A stretch of DNA of 64,000 nucleotides from Actinomycetes bacterium (GTDB lineage Bacteria; Actinomycetota; Acidimicrobiia; Acidimicrobiales; Bog-793). Within the stretch, counting starts at the first letter, position 1. Each line of letters opens with the position of its first letter. Made by a program: the position numbers and the translations under genes. Of this stretch, positions 39,268 to 49,298 are shown one piece after another. The stretch covers positions 194,444-258,443 of the forward strand of contig JAJZBI010000001.1 in NCBI GenBank assembly GCA_021798985.1, given 5' to 3'. The notes under the pieces are model-generated. The model did not search any database, had not been told where the DNA came from, and worked only from the letters and a program-made list of their open reading frames with translations.

Positions 39268-40764
39268 CTACCCCTCCCAGTCGAGCGCCCGGCTGACCGC
39301 TGCGTCCCAGCGGCGGCGGGCGGAGGCCCGCACGTCCTCTGTCCACGTCGGGTGGAAGCGACCGCCCTCACGCCACGCGGCGCGGAGCGCCTCCTCATCC
39401 TGATAGAGCCCGAGACCAAGGCCAGCGGCAGAAGCCGCCCCGAGCGCGGTGGTCTCGATCATCGCCGGACGAACGACCTCCACGCCCAGCACATCGGCCT
39501 GGAGCTGCATGGCGAGGTCGTTGGCCGCCACGCCACCGTCCACCTTCAGCTCATCGAGTCTGGTGCCGGTCTCCTGGCACATCGCCTCAACGACCTCTCC
39601 GCACTGTTGCGCGATCGCCTCCAAGGTGGCGCGAGCGAGATGCCCCTTGGTGTGCGCCCGCGTCAATCCGACGATGACCCCGCGAGCATCCGAGCGCCAC
39701 CGCGGGGCGTAGAGGCCCGAGAACGCTGGCACGAAGACCAGACCCCCACTGTCGGGGACGCTGGCAGCGAGGGCCTCGATGTCGCGCGCCTCGGCGATGA
39801 CGCCGAGCTGGTCGCGCAGCCACTGGACGGCTGCGCCGGTGACTGCAACCGAGCCCTCGAGGGCGTAGCGCGCCGGTTGGCCGGCACGTTCGTAGCAGAC
39901 CGTCGAGAGCAGGCCGTGTGAAGATCGAACGCACCGCTCGCCGGTGTTCAACAAGACGAAGCTTCCAGTTCCATAGGTGCACTTCACGTCGCCTGCCGAG
40001 AAGCAGGCCTGCCCCACCATCGCCGCCTGCTGATCGCCGAGCACGGCGGCGATCGGAAGCGAGGCGCCGAAGGGCCCTTCGGCGCTCGTCGTCGCGATCG
40101 GGCCGATGGAGGGAACGATCCGGGGCAGCATCGCCATCGGGACGTTGAACAGGTCGAGCAGTTCCTCGTCCCAGCAGCGCCGTTCCAGGTCCATGAGCTG
40201 GGTGCGGCTCGCGTTCGTGACGTCAATGACGTGCGCCGCGCCGCCCGTCAGCTTCCATACCAGCCAGCTGTCGATCGTGCCGAAGAGCGCGTCGCCGCGG
40301 CTCGCAGCCTCTCGGAGCCCCTCGGTGTGCTCGAGCAACCAGGCCAGCTTGGTCGCAGAGAAGTACGTGCTCGGAGGCAGGCCCGTGCGCTCGATCAGCA
40401 GCGAAGCGTGCCCTTGGTCAATGAGCGTGGAAACTTCAGGCGCGGTCCGCGTGTCCTGCCAGACGATCGCGTCCGCGAGCGGCCGCCCTGAGCGGCGATC
40501 CCAGACAACGACGGTCTCGCGTTGGTTCGCAATACCGATGCCGGCGAGATCCGCGCCGGTGGCACCCGAACGATGCAGCGCCTCGACGACGACGTGATGC
40601 GTGCGCTCCCAGATCTCGGCCGCGTCGTGAGCGACCCAGCCAGGCCGGGCGAGGAGCTGGCGATGCTCGAGCTGTGCGCTCCCCCGCGTGCCGCCGGCGG
40701 CATCGAAGATGATGCAGCGCGTGCTCGTGGTGCCCTGATCGAGGGCCGCGACGAGCTCCCTCAC
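39268..40764 (-). CDS. glpK: Glycerol kinase
   Basis: DQGTTSTR, NQRET, WQDTR, DVTNASRT, GDQQAA, KCTYGTG. Confidence 0.97.
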   Translation of the reverse strand: MRELVAALDQGTTSTRCIIFDAAGGTRGSAQLEHRQLLARPGWVAHDAAEIWERTHHVVVEALHRSGATGADLAGIGIANQRETVVVWDRRSGRPLADAIVWQDTRTAPEVSTLIDQGHASLLIERTGLPPSTYFSATKLAWLLEHTEGLREAASRGDALFGTIDSWLVWKLTGGAAHVIDVTNASRTQLMDLERRCWDEELLDLFNVPMAMLPRIVPSIGPIATTSAEGPFGASLPIAAVLGDQQAAMVGQACFSAGDVKCTYGTGSFVLLNTGERCVRSSHGLLSTVCYERAGQPARYALEGSVAVTGAAVQWLRDQLGVIAEARDIEALAASVPDSGGLVFVPAFSGLYAPRWRSDARGVIVGLTRAHTKGHLARATLEAIAQQCGEVVEAMCQETGTRLDELKVDGGVAANDLAMQLQADVLGVEVVRPAMIETTALGAASAAGLGLGLYQDEEALRAAWREGGRFHPTWTEDVRASARRRWDAAVSRALDWEG

Positions 40765-40992
40765 CGCTCAGCGCGCCCCGACCACGCCGATCCACTTTCC
40801 GATGGCACGAGCCGCAGTCTACGTCGGGTGATGCCGCCGAGCTCGGCCGCGCGACCGCATTCTCCCTGCTCCAACGGTTCGGCGTCAGGACAATCGGGCG
40901 TGGTTCGCAGGGCCCGCGATATCGCCTAGCATTTCTGACCTCGGGTGCGGCGCGCCGCCCCGCCCGCGGAGCCGGCATGCCGGCATCCGCTG

Positions 40993-41067
40993 GGACCTGT
41001 GGTGCAGCTTGGAGTGCACGCCGGCCTGTCAAGCCGGAGGTCGCGGGTTCAAATCCCGTCAGGTCCG
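40993..41067 (+). tRNA. tRNA-Asp(GTC)
   Basis: GGACCTG/CAGGTCC acceptor stem, anticodon loop CTGTCAA, T-loop TTCAAAT. Confidence 0.97.
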
Positions 41068-41122
41068 CTGAGTGGTGTTCCAGGGAGACTGCCGTGCGCA
41101 AGACTCCAGAGCAGCACAACGA

Positions 41123-41195
41123 GGTCGGGTAGCTCAGTTGGCAGAGCGCGCGCCTGAAAAGCGCGAGGTCACCGGATCGACGCCGGTCCCGACCA
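41123..41195 (+). tRNA. tRNA-Phe(GAA)
   Basis: GGTCGGG/CCCGACC acceptor stem, anticodon loop CTGAAAA, variant T-loop ATCGACG. Confidence 0.95.
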
Positions 41196-41229
41196 CCGCA
41201 CCGCACCGCACCACAGCCACAGAAACACC

Positions 41230-41705
41230 GGATGAGCTGCAGCGATGTGACCTGCCCGGTCCGCTCCTTCGTCCTCCAGGACCACCGCATCGCCGCCAAG
41301 CACTGCCTGCTCACGACGCGCACCGCCAAGTGGGCGCCGGTGCAGGTCGGCGGGGGACGGACGGCGGAGGAGGTGACGGCGAGCTCGCCTGTGACTGGCA
41401 CACGGTGAACCACGCCGTCGCTACCTATGGCCAGGCGCTGCTCGCGGCCGACCGCAAGCGCCGCAGCCACACGAGCGCCATCGGCCTTGATGAGACGACT
41501 TCGTCCGTCTGGAGGGTCGCCACAGCGATTACGTGCGCGACGAGGTCTGTGACGTCGAGCACCACCAGATCATCGACATCTTGCCGACCCGGCAATTCGA
41601 GGAGGTCGCTGGCCCTTTGGACCAACAGCCGAAGGTCTGGAAAGAGCGCATCTGCTTCGGTGCCCTCGACATGTCCGACACCTACACCGCGGTCTACAGC
41701 GTGAC
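41230..41705 (+). mobile_element. ISL3-family transposase remnant (frameshifted, truncated)
   Basis: LLTTRTAKWAPVQVG / ELACDWHTV...AIGLDET / IIDILPTR...GALDMSDTY spread across frames. Confidence 0.8.
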
Positions 41706-41865
41706 CTCCGCCTCCGTTAGGAATGCCATCGGCGGACCTCCACCTCCCCTAATCGGCCTCGATTACCCTTTGTCGAGTCGCACGAGTAGCAGAGCTGGGA
41801 GCCCGACGACGGCGACACCGGGCGGGTCGTCCCGCGGAGACCGAGTCGTCGCGCGCCATGATGAG

Positions 41866-42462
41866 GTGGTGGTTGGGCAGCTCCGCACCGAGCGCTTGGT
41901 GCTGCGCCGCTGGCGCCCCGAGGATCGTCAGCCCTTCGCCGAGCTCAACGCCGATCCCACCGTGATGGAGCACTTTCCCTCGACCCTCGACCGGTTGGCC
42001 AGCGACGCGCTCGCCGTCGCCGCCGACGAAGCCTTCGAGCGCCGTGGCTTTGGTTTGTGGGCCGTGGAACTCGTCGCAACGGGCGCGTTCCTCGGCTTCA
42101 CCGGCCTCGCCGTTCCCCAATTCACCACGCACTTCACGCCGGCCGTGGAGATCGGCTGGCGGATTTCCCGGTCGGCGTGGGGGCACGGCTACGCCACGGA
42201 GGCGGCGAGCGCTGCGCTCGCTGACGGCTTCGAGCGCGTCCAGTTGGAGGAGATCGTGTCGTTCACCGCTAGGTCCAACGTGCGCTCTCAAGCGGTGATG
42301 CAGCGGCTCGGAATGGCCCGTGATCCCGATGACGACTTCGACCACCCAAGGCTCGCTGAAGGCCACCCACTTCGACCCCATGTGCTCTATCGCATCGACG
42401 CGCCAACCTGGCGGGCGCGCCGAATGGGAGCGATCCGTCCCGAGCACGCCCAGCCGACATGA
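41866..42462 (+). CDS. GNAT acetyltransferase (RimJ/RimL-like)
   Basis: LRTERLVLRRW, VEIGWR, WGHGYATEAA, NVRSQAVMQRLGM. Confidence 0.9.
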   Translation: MVVGQLRTERLVLRRWRPEDRQPFAELNADPTVMEHFPSTLDRLASDALAVAADEAFERRGFGLWAVELVATGAFLGFTGLAVPQFTTHFTPAVEIGWRISRSAWGHGYATEAASAALADGFERVQLEEIVSFTARSNVRSQAVMQRLGMARDPDDDFDHPRLAEGHPLRPHVLYRIDAPTWRARRMGAIRPEHAQPT

Positions 42463-42613
42463 GGGCCTTGCTCAGCTTCTGCATGACCATGGGCGCGTAG
42501 AACGAGCGACGTCGCTTGGCGAGGGCAATCGGGCCGAGGATGGCCGCGCTGTCGCGTTCGGCTGGAGGCTCGATCAGCAGGGTGGGCCGCTCGAGGCCCA
42601 ATTGCCCCGCCGC

Positions 42614-43348
42614 TCAGCCTCGCCGGGTGAAGAGCGCGCGCCGCTTGCCTTGCCAGGCCATGTTCCAGTAGTCCCGGGTGGTCGGAACGCCGAGGAACAG
42701 GACGCCGCCGTAGCCGAGTGCTGTCCCCACCCAGCGGACGAGGCAACCGGCACGGGGGGACGTCTCCGCGATCTTGTGCCCGATCACCTGCACGCCAACC
42801 CCGGTGGTGGTCGCGAACATGGCGCGTTTTGCCCGCCGCGTCACCTCGATCTGCGGCTCCTCGTTGGCGACGACGGCGAAGGTCGTGAGCGCCGCGTTCG
42901 CCAGGTTGTAGCACGCGACCGCCGCGAGGAGCGGCTTGTCGGCAAGCTCGAGCCTCCAGATCTCGCGAACCCCCCAGAGCACTTTGGGCTTGTCGCCGAC
43001 GTGGTCGACGAGCTCGCCGACGCGGCTCGAGGTGTTGGTTCGGCGCGCGATGACGCCGTCGGCCACATCCGCGAGGTAGGACGCGGCCGCCACTCCAATG
43101 CCGGACCACCGGTCGAGACGCGAGGCGGACCAGGCGACGCCTGCCATCGCGACGACGTCCAGCGCGTTCGCCGGGGTGACGACGCCGTGGGTTCGCTTGG
43201 CGGCACGCTCGAACAGCGTCGGACGGCCGATTCCGGGCTCAGTCGGGCTCACGACCCCGAGCGTAGAGGAGTGTCGAGGAGGGGCCGAGACCGTGCCCGT
43301 CGGGCCCACCGAGTCACCCGCCGCGTCGAGCCCGACCCTTCTCGGCAT
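42614..43348 (-). CDS. CDP-alcohol phosphatidyltransferase family protein
   Basis: TPANAL, DVADGVIARRTNTSSRVGELVDHVGDK signature; true start probably near 43250. Confidence 0.8.
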   Translation of the reverse strand: MPRRVGLDAAGDSVGPTGTVSAPPRHSSTLGVVSPTEPGIGRPTLFERAAKRTHGVVTPANALDVVAMAGVAWSASRLDRWSGIGVAAASYLADVADGVIARRTNTSSRVGELVDHVGDKPKVLWGVREIWRLELADKPLLAAVACYNLANAALTTFAVVANEEPQIEVTRRAKRAMFATTTGVGVQVIGHKIAETSPRAGCLVRWVGTALGYGGVLFLGVPTTRDYWNMAWQGKRRALFTRRG

Positions 43349-43626
43349 GCGGCCGCTCGTCCTCGCGTGGTGATCGGTGGGTTGCAGTGCACCTGGGGCG
43401 AGCAGGGGCGCAACGGCGCGTCGGGCGGCACACCGACCGACGACGTGGTGGCCTGCGGTTCGGCTGACCGAGCGCTGCAGCCGGGCCTCGCGGCCTTGTC
43501 AGGTCGCGAGCTCCAACCGGGCGACGACTCGGTTGGTCCGGTGCTCACCGACGGGCTGGGCACCACCCCCCACCCCGGTGCAAGGGCCTCAGATCTCCAG
43601 CAGGTCCAAGCACAAGGGCGCCCCGT

Positions 43627-44790
43627 CTACTGGCCGATGTAGCCCGCGAGATGGGCCGGACGGTCCCACTCGGCGAGCGAACCACGCTGACGCTCGAGGG
43701 CCTCGGGATCGAGCGTGACACCGAGGCCGGGCCCTTCGGGGACGAGCAACGTGGCGCCGCGGTACTCGACGCCCTGGGCCACCACGTCGTCAAGGTAGAG
43801 CAGTGGTCCCACGGCATCGCCGGTGAAATGAAGCGCCGCGGCCGAAGCACCGAGGTGCGCGACCGCCGCCGTCCCGATGCCCAGTTCCTGGGTGGTGCCG
43901 AGCAGAGCCTTCAGGCCAGCGGCGTCGGCGAGCGCGAGCAGGCGCTGCGCACCCCAGAGCCCACCAGAGTGGTGGACGACGTTGAAGACGTCGATGGCGT
44001 CGGCACGGATGAGGCGCATCGCCTGGGCGTAGCTCGACACGTGCTCGGAGACGGCGGCGTCGACGCGCCGCCGGACCTCGGCCATGCCCTCGTAGTCCTC
44101 GTGCCAGCTCACGCTCTCGATGAGGTCGATCCCGTAGTGCTTGAGCCGCTCGTAGTGCGCGATCGCGTCCTTCCAGTAGAAGCGACCCTGGAAGTCGAGC
44201 CCTTTCAGCTGCACGCGTGACCCAAAGCGCGAGCGGAGCGCGTCGAGCAGTGCGTCGTCGGCGTCCCGGTCGACACCGACGTAGTAGCGAAAGCAGTCCA
44301 CGCCGAGGGCGAGCAGCTCCTCGACCGAGGCTAGGCGGTGTGCCACGCCCTCGTCGCCGGCGGCGGGGAAGAGCGGATAGGCCATCTCGAGCTCGTCGCG
44401 GCTGCGTCCGCCGAGGAGATCGCACACGGCGATGCCGGCTGCCTTCCCTGCGAGGTCGTAGCACGCCGAGTCCAGCGCCGCGGCGAGCTGGGACGTCAAG
44501 GTGAAGGGGGGGTAGCTGTTCGCCGCCACGAGATAGGAAGGCATCTGGGCGTGCAACATCTGGTGCAGCGCTGCGTGCCGGGTGGGGTCGAAGCCGACCA
44601 TCACTCGGTCGATCGCTACCGACAGCGCGTCGAGGTCGGGCAGCGTCATCCGGTAGCAGTCGAGATCGGACATCTCACCGAGGCCGATCAGGCCGGCGTC
44701 GGTCGTGAGCTCGACGATCACATGGACCGAGATGCTGCCCGTTCGGCGTCGTGAGCGCACCGGGGTGAGGCGGTGCCCGGTAATGATCAC
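43627..44790 (-). CDS. Enolase-superfamily acid-sugar dehydratase, galactarate dehydratase II-like
   Basis: GEMSD, YPLF, FRYYVG (RxY), LIES, VSEHV, GTTQELGIGTAA, GPGLG. Confidence 0.8.
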   Translation of the reverse strand: MIITGHRLTPVRSRRRTGSISVHVIVELTTDAGLIGLGEMSDLDCYRMTLPDLDALSVAIDRVMVGFDPTRHAALHQMLHAQMPSYLVAANSYPPFTLTSQLAAALDSACYDLAGKAAGIAVCDLLGGRSRDELEMAYPLFPAAGDEGVAHRLASVEELLALGVDCFRYYVGVDRDADDALLDALRSRFGSRVQLKGLDFQGRFYWKDAIAHYERLKHYGIDLIESVSWHEDYEGMAEVRRRVDAAVSEHVSSYAQAMRLIRADAIDVFNVVHHSGGLWGAQRLLALADAAGLKALLGTTQELGIGTAAVAHLGASAAALHFTGDAVGPLLYLDDVVAQGVEYRGATLLVPEGPGLGVTLDPEALERQRGSLAEWDRPAHLAGYIGQ

Positions 44791-44848
44791 GGCCGCGGTT
44801 CTCCTCTCACAGGCCTGCTCACGCTGAGCGGGGCGCGCCACTGCTGGA

Positions 44849-45619
44849 ATGCATCGGCGATCGTGCACGATACGTGATCTTGCGCAAATCTGTCAAAGTG
44901 AGCAGGTGCCACACGACCCGGCGATTCCTCGCCGCGAGGTCCTCAGCCGGAGGATGCTCGCCGACAGCGCCTATGAGCTGGTGCGCCGGCGCATCATGGA
45001 CCTGACGATCCCGCCCGAGTCGCGCATCAACATCGACCACCTCGCTCGGGAGCTCGACGTGTCGAACACTCCCCTGCGAGAAGCGCTCGCCCGCCTCGAG
45101 AGCGAGGGCCTCGTCGAGCGCCAGAACCTGCGCGGCTACCGGACCACGAGCTTGCTCACGGCGCGCGCCCTCAACGAGCTGTACGACTTGCGGCTGCTCC
45201 TCGAGCCTGAGGCGGCGCGCCTCGCTCGCCTGCACGCCGACCTGCGAGCGCTCGAGGCCAAGCTGCGCCAGACGCTGCAAGAGATGCAAGAGATGCTGGA
45301 CCACGCTGGTGGTGATGACCGCTACGCCCTGTACCGGGCCTTCATCGAGGCGGACGCCGCTTTCCACACGGCCATCACCGAGGCCTCGGGGAACCGCCTG
45401 CTGCAGGCGACCTTCAGCGGCCTGAACGCCCACGTGCACCTCTACCGCCTGCTGATCCGCTCTCGGATCGCTCCGTGGGCGGTCAGCGAGCACCTCCTCG
45501 TCCTCGACGGCCTGCTCTCGCCCGACCCCGAGGCGGCAGCGGCCGGCATGCGCGGGCACCTCGAGCGGGCTCGCGGCCGCCTGGCCAACCTGGTGCGCAA
45601 CGAGAAAGCGCAGGAGTGA
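44849..45619 (+). CDS. GntR/FadR-family regulator
   Basis: LARELDVSNTPLREAL HTH; DAAFH...SGN, EH...HL FCD domain; divergent from the dehydratase; start may be near 44906. Confidence 0.9.
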   Translation: MHRRSCTIRDLAQICQSEQVPHDPAIPRREVLSRRMLADSAYELVRRRIMDLTIPPESRINIDHLARELDVSNTPLREALARLESEGLVERQNLRGYRTTSLLTARALNELYDLRLLLEPEAARLARLHADLRALEAKLRQTLQEMQEMLDHAGGDDRYALYRAFIEADAAFHTAITEASGNRLLQATFSGLNAHVHLYRLLIRSRIAPWAVSEHLLVLDGLLSPDPEAAAAGMRGHLERARGRLANLVRNEKAQE

Positions 45620-45655
45620 AGGACGGGGCGGCGATCCGGCCGGACCGCCGACTGC

Positions 45656-46330
45656 TCAGGTCGCCTGCCAGGCGATGTCGAAGCTGAAGTGATCGGCGCT
45701 GCAGCGCAGACCATTGCCGTTCGCCGGCTCGGCTCCTCGAGGGTAGGCCCGGATCAGGAGATCTTCGGCCCCAAGCCGGCCGGCATCGTGCCAGCCGGCG
45801 ACCATCTGCGCCAGCGCCTCCGCCGCTCGCCCGCAGTCGCCGAACGTGCTGATCGCGAGCGGGACCGAGCCAGCCGCGCCGCCGGGGTCGTCGCTCCAGG
45901 ACTCTTAACGGCTGAGTGCGGCGAAACCCCGGCGCGTCACGACGAGCGGCGTGCGCACCCAACCATCTTCCTCCGGGCGGAGCACGCTCAGCACCGGGAC
46001 GCCGCGCTCCAACAGCGTCGCCGCCGACACCGTGCAGCTCAACTGGGCGGCGCGGCGGTCGTGCAGGGCGATCCAGCGCGCAAGGCCATCGAAGGACGCC
46101 GCCGGCGGCACCGAGATGCCGAGGGGCTCGACATGGGATGCGGAGCTCGTCGGGAGCCCGTGCTCCCCGTGCGTCACGATGGCGCGATCGGCGGAGGCGG
46201 GACCGAGGTCGACCGCGAGGACGAAGCGGTGCCGCGGAACCGTCCCGAGGGCGCGGCGCACCCGCTCGTCGAGGATTCCATAGTGCTCCCGCACCCGCTG
46301 CACCATGGCGGTCCCAAGCGCGACGCCGCC
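45656..46330 (-). pseudogene. PIMT-like (FxLD-system type) methyltransferase pseudogene
   Basis: RALGTVPRHRFV...PTSSAS N-terminus joined directly to the C-terminal part with no SAM-binding core; in-frame TAA at 45905; tail WHDAGRLG...LLIRAYP. Confidence 0.6.
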
Positions 46331-46547
46331 CGCGCGCCTCGGTCACCGCCCCGATCACCGAACGTCGGCGCCACGGGTCCATCATGCGCGCCCGACATCC
46401 ACGGCGCGCGACGCAATCGTCCGATCGGCAGCGGTCGATTGCGGCCGAGGTCGATGCGAGGGCTACAGAATCGAACGAGATGGTCCGTTATGACCACTAC
46501 GCCCCCGGCAATGGGCCTGGACCGGGGCGTGTGACAGGAGGAGCCAG

Positions 46548-47780
46548 ATGGGCGTGCTCGACGTCGTTGTCGGTCGCCAACCGGTGTTCGACCGCGATCT
46601 CGAGATTGTCGGCTACGAGCTCTTGTTCCGCCCGGTCGCGGACAGCAACAGCACGCTCGGCGAGGTCGACGGGGACCTGATGACCTCGGCCGTGCTCTTC
46701 AGCTCGGTGAGCATCGGTATCGACCGCCTCGTGGGCGACAAGACGGTCTTCTGCAACGCCGATCGCGGGCTCCTCGTCGGATCCCAGCCGATCATCCTGC
46801 CGCCCGAGCGCACGATCATCGAGGTGCACGGGTCGATCGCCACCGATCCCGAGGCACTTGCGGGGTGCCACCGCCTCTATGACGAGGGATTTCTCATCGC
46901 GCTCGACGACTTCACCGGGGTCGAGGGGGCCGAGGTGATGCTCGAACTCGCCTCGATGGTCAAGATCGACCTCCAGCTCGTTCCCGAGGAGGACCTGGCG
47001 GGCCTCATCGAAAGCTGCCGCGGCTTTGGGGTGCTGCTCGCCGCCGAGCGCGTCGAGACCGACCACCAGCTGCACCTTTGTCGTGCGCTCGGCTTCGACT
47101 ACTTCCAGGGCTACCAGCTCTCGCGGCCGAAAATGGTCCCGGGCAAGGCCCTCGCCGTCTACAGCATGGACCGCCTGCGAGGCGCCAAGCGCCTGCTCGA
47201 CGAGGGGCGCGGGGCGGCCGACCTGCTTGAGGTGATCGCTACCGAGCCGGCGATGGCCTACCAAGTCCTGCAGATGGCGGCGGTCGGCAACGACACCAGC
47301 ACACGCCGGGCGATCCGGACCCTGCGCGAGTCGCTCGTGGTGCTCGGTGCTCGCCAGCTCGAAAACTGCGTCCGCCTGCTCCTCACGACGACGAGCGGCG
47401 TGACCTCAGAGGACGAAGTCGTCGCCGCCCTGACGCGGGCTCGCATGTGCGAGCTGCTCGCGGCGCAGATCGATCCCAAGCTCGCCGAGATGGCCTACAC
47501 GGCGGGCCTGCTCTCGAGCTTCGACCTGCTCCTCGGTATCAGCATCGAAGAGGCGCTGCTTGCGCTGCCGCTCGACAGCGAGCTCCTCCAGGCCTGTCTG
47601 CGCAAACCCACCCCCGTCGGACGGATCGTGGCCGACGTCACCGACTACCAGCTCGGGCGCCCCGAGCGTGCCCGCCGCAGCCTCCAGGACCAGCGCGCGA
47701 TGCACGCCGCCGCCGCGACCGCGCTCAGCTGGGCCGTCGAGGCGGCTCGAGGCGCCGGCGCCGCGCTCGTGGGCTCGTAG
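46548..47780 (+). CDS. EAL-HDOD domain protein (YuxH/PdeH-like)
   Basis: GRQPVFD, GYELLFR, IALDDF, AERVET, FQGY; HDOD RARMCE, AYTAGLLS. Confidence 0.9.
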   Translation: MGVLDVVVGRQPVFDRDLEIVGYELLFRPVADSNSTLGEVDGDLMTSAVLFSSVSIGIDRLVGDKTVFCNADRGLLVGSQPIILPPERTIIEVHGSIATDPEALAGCHRLYDEGFLIALDDFTGVEGAEVMLELASMVKIDLQLVPEEDLAGLIESCRGFGVLLAAERVETDHQLHLCRALGFDYFQGYQLSRPKMVPGKALAVYSMDRLRGAKRLLDEGRGAADLLEVIATEPAMAYQVLQMAAVGNDTSTRRAIRTLRESLVVLGARQLENCVRLLLTTTSGVTSEDEVVAALTRARMCELLAAQIDPKLAEMAYTAGLLSSFDLLLGISIEEALLALPLDSELLQACLRKPTPVGRIVADVTDYQLGRPERARRSLQDQRAMHAAAATALSWAVEAARGAGAALVGS

Positions 47781-47795
47781 CGGGAGCCGACGGGA

Positions 47796-48827
47796 TCACT
47801 CGCGCGGCGGAGCGCCCTCGGCCACGGCGTCCGCGCGGGCGTCGTCGGTGAGGTAGCGGCGCACCTGGGCAAGGGCGCCGTCGCCGAGCGGTCGGCCGGC
47901 GAGGTCGCTGACGTGCTCGAGCCCCTCGAGGAGCACGGCCGCCTCCTCGCGGCGCCCGCTCGCCACGAACGCCAGCGCCCGCAACCAGGCGGCATAGCTC
48001 GAGCCCGGCGCCGACTGTTCGATCTGGGCGATCAGTCCGAGGGCGTCTTCTGGCTCGCCCGCCCGCAGGGCAAGGCGCGCCAAGAAGTCCAACGCCCACA
48101 CCCGGTAGGGCCCTGCGTCGGGCTCGTCGACGATCGCCTCGAACGATGCTCGTGCCGAGTCGTCGCTGCCGGCACCGAACTGGCCGCGCGCCAGCTCGAA
48201 TCGAGCACGCAATAGCTCAGCGGCATCTGCGCCGCGCCGGCGCAAGCCGGCGAGCTCGAGCTCCGCGAGCCGAGCATTGCGCGCGGCCTTCATCCGGACC
48301 ATCTCGTCGTCGTCGTAGCCGCGATGCAGCAACCGGACGACGTGGGCGTCGATCGGCTCGACGTGCAGCGGCGCACCGTTCGCCCGCACGAGGCGCTCGT
48401 GGACGCGCCCTTGCCAGCGGACCCGCTGACGGCGAAACAGCTTGGCCTCGCGATGCCACAAGATTCCGCCGGAATCCCGAGCTGCTTCGAGCTCGATCTC
48501 AACGGCGTACGCGTCGATGTGCTCTGGGGCCCGAGCCAGGTGCTCGCGCAGGCCGTTCCCGATCGCGGCGACCTCGTCGGCGTCGATGCTCAAGACCCAC
48601 TCGGTCCGGCAGTGTTCGAGGCCGACGTTCCGGGCGGCCGCGAAGTCGTCTCGCCACGCCCACTCCACCACCCGTGCGCCGTGGTGGCGGGCGATCCCCA
48701 CGGATTCATCGACCGATCCGGTATCGACGACGACGAGCGCATCGATCGCTCCTTTGAGCGATGTGAGACAGGCCGGCAACACCGCCGCGCCGTCTCTCAC
48801 GATCAGGCAGGCCCCGATGCTCGGCAT
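47796..48827 (-). CDS. GT2 glycosyltransferase with TPR-like C-terminus
   Basis: ACLIVRD, VDTGSVD, DFAAARN, IDADE, GRVHE, HRGY. Confidence 0.85.
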   Translation of the reverse strand: MPSIGACLIVRDGAAVLPACLTSLKGAIDALVVVDTGSVDESVGIARHHGARVVEWAWRDDFAAARNVGLEHCRTEWVLSIDADEVAAIGNGLREHLARAPEHIDAYAVEIELEAARDSGGILWHREAKLFRRQRVRWQGRVHERLVRANGAPLHVEPIDAHVVRLLHRGYDDDEMVRMKAARNARLAELELAGLRRRGADAAELLRARFELARGQFGAGSDDSARASFEAIVDEPDAGPYRVWALDFLARLALRAGEPEDALGLIAQIEQSAPGSSYAAWLRALAFVASGRREEAAVLLEGLEHVSDLAGRPLGDGALAQVRRYLTDDARADAVAEGAPPRE

Positions 48828-48911
48828 GTCCAACGCGCGGCCTTTCCTGGTTGGCGGCCTGTCGAGGCGCTCCGCCTGGGCGGTGCTCCCCTCGGGCAAT
48901 ACTGCCATGGA

Positions 48912-49169
48912 ATGGCCAAGCTCAAGCTCGACCTGCACGACATCTACAACCGCGGCGACCAGATCGACCGCGCGCTGCGCGAGGTGATGGACGAGGCGGT
49001 GCGGCGACGGATCCCCCTCGTCGAGATCATCCCCGGCAAGGGATCCGGTCAGCTCAAAAAGCGCGTACTGCGCTTCCTCGAACAAAAAGACGTCCGCTCT
49101 CTGTACCACCGCGTCGAGAAGGACGCCGACAACTTCGGGCGGATCTTTGTCCACTTCCGCTGGAAATAG
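48912..49169 (+). CDS. Stand-alone Smr domain protein
   Basis: LDLHDIY, IIPGKGSG, NFGRIFVHF. Confidence 0.88.
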   Translation: MAKLKLDLHDIYNRGDQIDRALREVMDEAVRRRIPLVEIIPGKGSGQLKKRVLRFLEQKDVRSLYHRVEKDADNFGRIFVHFRWK

Positions 49170-49298
49170 CCGACTCACACAGAGGCATCACATCTCCTTC
49201 AGCAGGCGTTCAGTTTTGTGCGAGATGCTGGAGGCGCACCTTGACCCCCACGTGGTTCGCGCCCGCCCGAGCGAGTGGGCAGAAGCTGGAGACCTGCA

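Noticed and set aside
41176-41182. tRNA-Phe T-loop ATCGACG instead of TTCGA
   Set aside because: All stems are intact, and I recall the same variant in other actinobacterial tRNA-Phe genes; not evidence of a pseudogene.
43350-43620. Possible coding relic between the CDP-alcohol transferase and the dehydratase
   Set aside because: No recognisable motif in any frame.
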